Origin: the human T2T-CHM13v2.0 reference genome, Homo sapiens
Assembly (NCBI RefSeq): GCF_009914755.1
Contig: NC_060942.1
Direction: 5' to 3' (one strand)
DNA: 64,000 bases
Below are positions 58,989 through 64,000 of the stretch, in pieces (position 1 is the first letter of the stretch; each line of letters begins with the position of its first letter). Made by a program: the position numbers and the translations under genes. The notes under the pieces are model-generated. The model had not been told where the DNA came from and did no database searches. It worked only from the letters and a program-made list of their open reading frames with translations.

Positions 58989-59158
58989 GGCCAGGTACAA
59001 TGACTCACACCTGTAATTCCAGCACTTTGGGATGCCGAGTTGAGAGGATCACTTGAAGCCGGGAATTTGAGGCTGCAGTGAGCTATGATCATGCCGGTGT
59101 ACTTCAGTCTGGGCAACAGAGAGAGACCCTGTCTCAAAAAAAAAAAAAAAAAGAAAGA
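58989..59158 (+). mobile_element. Alu monomer / recombined Alu
   Basis: Single-arm length with A tail; TSD aat(g/t)ggtt-like. Confidence 0.85.
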
Positions 59159-60555
59159 ATTGGTTAACCTATTCACCCAAGCTTCTTCCAGTTAACACAA
59201 CTATTTGAGAGGATTATATAGCACTTTATTTTCTTTGTTTTTTAAAGTATTTACAGCAATATTAAAATTTTTGAGAAGCAGAATCTCTCGTGGGTAAATG
59301 TGGTTTTACATTTTTTAATAAAATATATGGTCTGGGTTAGGATATGTATGGTTTTGTTATTAAAATAATTCATATCTGCATTTTTAAAAAACCAGTCGCA
59401 TTGAAAATTGGTAAAGGCTATCAGGCCAAGTGTTTCAGAAGTTGGATGTTGACTGAAGAGGTCTGTACTCTCCTTATTAAATGGTTTTAGGTAGACAGTC
59501 TTTGTTTCCTTGGGTTTCTAAATAAAGGAAGACAGACTAGAAGGCAGAAGTTTAGCTCCCAAAAGTATATAATGTGCTCTGTTCTCATAAACAGAGCAAT
59601 TCATACTTACTGTCGGGTCGGGATGTGTGATTAGACAGCAGAACAAAATATTTTTAAATTGAGATTTGTGGGGAGCTTAGGGTCTTCTATTTGCCTAATT
59701 TTTTACAGAAAAAAATATTAATGTATGTTTACTGCAGATTTGTAAAATCATAATTGATTCTTAAAACCAAGTTGATTTTGATATGAGTAGTGTTTTGAGA
59801 TTCTGCACATAAAGGGAGGGGATAAGGTGCAAGCTGTAATAAAAAACTGTCATAAGGCTATTTATTTACTTACTTAATATGATGTTGTAACAGTTTGTAT
59901 GTGACAGTGCTTGATTTCTGGCGAGCTGTTTGTAAGTTTGGCATCACCTTTATTACTCCAAGCATCGGATCTAGGAGTCAAAGTTACCCCGGTTCACTAG
60001 TGATTGGCTGAGCAAACTCAGTTAGGTTTAGAGCACCCAGTTGCTGTTAGATGACTGAACCTTAATGGTAAACTCCCTGCCTGTACATATTCTTGTTTAG
60101 AAATCCTTGGCATGTATTGATGATACCTTTCATAAGACTTTTTCCTAATAAAGCATCTTTTTAGACTGTTATTAAAACCAAACAATGAATAAAAATGGTG
60201 TAGTGATTCTTGTAAAAAGTACACATGCCGTTCCCTATGGAGGATTAGTGTAAAGGGCACCATTTGTTATGTGTTCCTTTGATTTGGATTCAGAATTGAC
60301 ATCATTGGCAACTCTGTATATTATTAAGCAATTTCCTGTGTCCCAAGAAAGCTAGGACAGTCAATAATTAATAGAGTGCTCATCTTCTGCTTGCGGCTCT
60401 CACACTGTGCCTTTGTGCCCATAGTGTGCAGTCACCTATTGGACCTCTAAAAATTGCCACTAAAATGGTTGTTAGTAAAATGAGAAGACCTAAATCTGTG
60501 ATTATTACTCTTAGTCCATGGTTTAAGTTAACGTATCTCCCTCTTTCTCATCTAG

Positions 60556-60684
<129 letters not shown>

Positions 60685-63341
60685 TAAACTTAAAGCATTA
60701 ATACATCAAAAGATTACAGGGTGCTCTTTACGCTGATTAACTCTAAACTTTTTACTCTCCTTTTTGAAGTGGAGAAGTCCTACTGGTCCTAGGCTTCACT
60801 CAAGAGCCAGTCCTCCTAGTTCTGCCATCTGCACGCTGGGTGTTTCCTGCGCCACAGCCCTGCTTGTCCTAGCACGCACACAGTCATTCTGCTCTGTAGT
60901 CCATTGTCTTGGCTGAATCTTAAACCTGGTTGCATGCTTCTGGGGGGCAGAGACCCCCAGAGTATTTAGTATAGTGCTTTATTTGCAGAATTGAGCTCAG
61001 TGTCTACTGAGAAAATGAATTTTATACAAGTTCTCTGGAAGAGTAAATAAGTTACTTACAAATCCATTCTTCCTGCAATAATGCAGTTTTTAAGAGGGCT
61101 GGAATGAATGGGTGGAAGGACATTGCCATCTGAACAGGAATGAATTCAAATTATTCTTTCCTCTTTGCATTTGGGGAGCCATTAACCTGTGCTGGGAGAG
61201 AAACTGAAATGGAAAATGTAGACTGCCATCTGGGCTTTAAAAGAGCCAAGGATATATGATAAGCTTCACACTCAGTTATAACAATTTTGAATTTATGTCA
61301 TTATGTCTCCTTTTTTTTTTTTTTTACCAGTAATAATCCTTTTTGTGTAATACATTTTTCCTCACAGAGGAAAAATAGGTCTGAATTTTTAATGTTGAAC
61401 ATAAGTGTTTATATAATGACCACTTCTATTCAAGACGATCACGGTACTCCTATCTTCCCAACTAAAGTACTTTAATCAGACTACTTCAGCTAAACTCATT
61501 GAACATACGAATAACCTGAAGTGGAGTTGGTTTTACAATGAAGGTCCTTTTTTTTAATAAAAATATTTTAGAAGAACGTAGAGATTATATCAAAATGCTG
61601 ACAATTAACTGTAAAGGTGGTACTGTAGATTATTTTTCTTGTATTCCTACTTCTTAAAAAGTGTAATACATGCTTTTTAGTTTTAATTTATGAGGGTTGG
61701 GGGTACTTTCACTATGGCCATTCCTCATCACATACTCCTGTCTTCTCTTACCTTGATTCTGGTAGCCAACACCAGACAGAACTTGAAATTATCACTGAAG
61801 CTGTGTTCCCATGTCCTGTAATGTCATAGTGGCTTTTTCTGCTAAGCAAAACTGGGTTCTGACCAAACAAAACCCAAGATCCCCTACCCTTGAGGGGACC
61901 AATGATTTGCAGAAGTAGAGCTGCTTTATTTCTGAATATAAGATTAGTTCAGAAGATTTTTGTTGAATGGCGTCATCCTTTAACTTAATATAACAGCTTT
62001 TGGAAACAGCATACCCTCCCATCACCACTTTGGCTCTTATCCTATTGCACAGTTCTAAGGAGTTACAGGCTTTTGCCTGGCTTTTTGAGATTTTCCGTTG
62101 TTTCCATCCTCAACATTTCTGGCCCGCAAAGGGGAAACTGGCCCACAAGCAGGCCACCAAACACTATATATTTGGGAAGTTGACACAAAATACTGGTAAT
62201 GTTATATCCTTTGTTTATTATAAGTGTCTTTTCCCCTGTGTATTTCTGTATCTTATGCTTCATGCCTTCTCACTGCCCACCTTCCGTGGTCTTTTAACAG
62301 TCTTACTCCTCCTCTATGCTTTTGTCACTTTGTGTATTCCACTTTGTCTATTTTAACTTCTTCCTCTAAGGCAAAATGAATGAATGCCCCTTTTTTCCTC
62401 CATCTCCTGCTCTCCTGAATCCAACAGTGTACCCCCCACACCCATTCTGTTGAGTTACTTTCCTAACCTCTTCTCTGTAACCTTTAGCATATTCATTATC
62501 AGCCTGATATTACCTCCCTCATTATCCTGAAAGTGTGGTTTCTTCTGTTCATACCCTGAACAGCAGTGTCTTTAAGTCCTTAGAGTAGAGTACGCTTTGT
62601 AGATTGGCTCTTTTGAAATTGATTTATTTCCTAAGGTGGTACTTTTATTAAAGGTGTCGTAAAATGGATAGTTGGGGGATTTATACATTTGCTTACTTCA
62701 TGAATAAACTGATTATCTAGTTCAATTCAGAGTGTTTTAAAGTTTAATATAATTTATGTTTACTATTTTATCTCTGTAATGTAAAAAAATTTTGCCACAA
62801 TGAACGTTTATTATAATGTTCAGTTTATATTTATCATTATATGATATTGAGGGTTACATTTGAGACAAATAATTTTTAAATTCCTCAGCTTGGTATATTA
62901 CTTTTGAGTAGTTTTTTAAAAAAATTAAATGTAAAACTAGATATTTTGTAGTTTATACCTACTATGTATTAATAATTGAAAGAACCATATTTAGTTGATA
63001 TTAAAATGCCGTATTTGTGGTAATCTGAATAACAAGTTGGAAGATTATCATTTGGAAAAATATTTTAATTGCAGGTACCTTTTATTTTTATCCTTAAAAT
63101 CTTTGGTGTTAATAGAGTGTTTGAATTTACTTAAACACTCAGCATGTCGTATGGGTATAGAAAAAAATTTTTTTCATGGGTGGATGGCACATTGCTATGC
63201 TTCTAGTTTTTTTGTCTTCTTTTTTTTTATTTCATGATTTAAGACCAGTCATAAAGATGAAAGTGAGTAGCTTAATTGTTAAGCACTTGTCAACTTTTAG
63301 GGTTACTTTAGGTAAGTGAAATGTGTCTATAGTCTTTGTAG

Positions 63342-63494
<153 letters not shown>

Positions 63495-64000
63495 TGATCT
63501 TTGGGAAAACTTGTGGCAGGTTTGCTAATTTAAGGGAAAAGGTATATATGTTTGTTTTTAATTAAGAGAATGTACTGTTTTTTATCATATACTACTGCAT
63601 GGTTTGCCAAGTTTTTTTGAAGTTACATCACATTAAAATAACCCTGGCTATTTTATTAAAAAGAAGTAAGAGCCTTAGATTTAGGGACGCAATTAAGATG
63701 TAAGATACATCTTTAAAAATGCCATTGTGTTTTAAGTCAAGATCACAGGCATTGTCTTTCCTGGCATTGTTCTCCCTGGTATTTTCCTCCTCCTCTTTGT
63801 TCTCTGTGACGCTTTTATTGCCACTGCATTGCCCTGTCTTCTTACCCATGATTGGTTTTGGTGCCCGTCCTTTCCACAGCTGGGATTAGCTGTAGAGCCC
63901 AGCTCTGATTCTGTGCTCCCAGGTGAAGACTTTGCATGTCTTCTTCTTGCCCGTCAGCTGTATCGGGAATTCCTTGTCCACATCTTCCTTACTTCTCCCT

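Overview
Primate (very likely human) genomic DNA, not a prokaryotic or accessory region. The only recognisable gene is the 5' part of ZCCHC2 on the + strand: a CpG-island promoter (~43.2-45.7 kb) and coding exons 1-3 (44300-45238, 60556-60667, 63373-63449). The exons join in frame through GT-AG introns to give 376 codons, and the gene continues beyond the window. The upstream 43 kb and the introns are mostly interspersed repeats: Alu, old L1M, L2, MIR, MaLR/MLT2 LTRs, and Tigger/Charlie DNA transposons. Repeat subfamily names come from remembered consensus sequences and are approximate. Most ORFs in the supplied track are Alu-derived or GC-rich shadow frames. I found no new multi-gene system. 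The best leads are: a tandem ISRE cluster ~17 kb upstream of the start codon, two short uORFs, a second promoter-like CpG island in intron 1, an L1-retroposed HERV-W transcript with two microhomology deletions, an unidentified retroposed 3'-UTR-like fragment, a TSD-flanked composite retrocopy, and two long fold-back palindromes.
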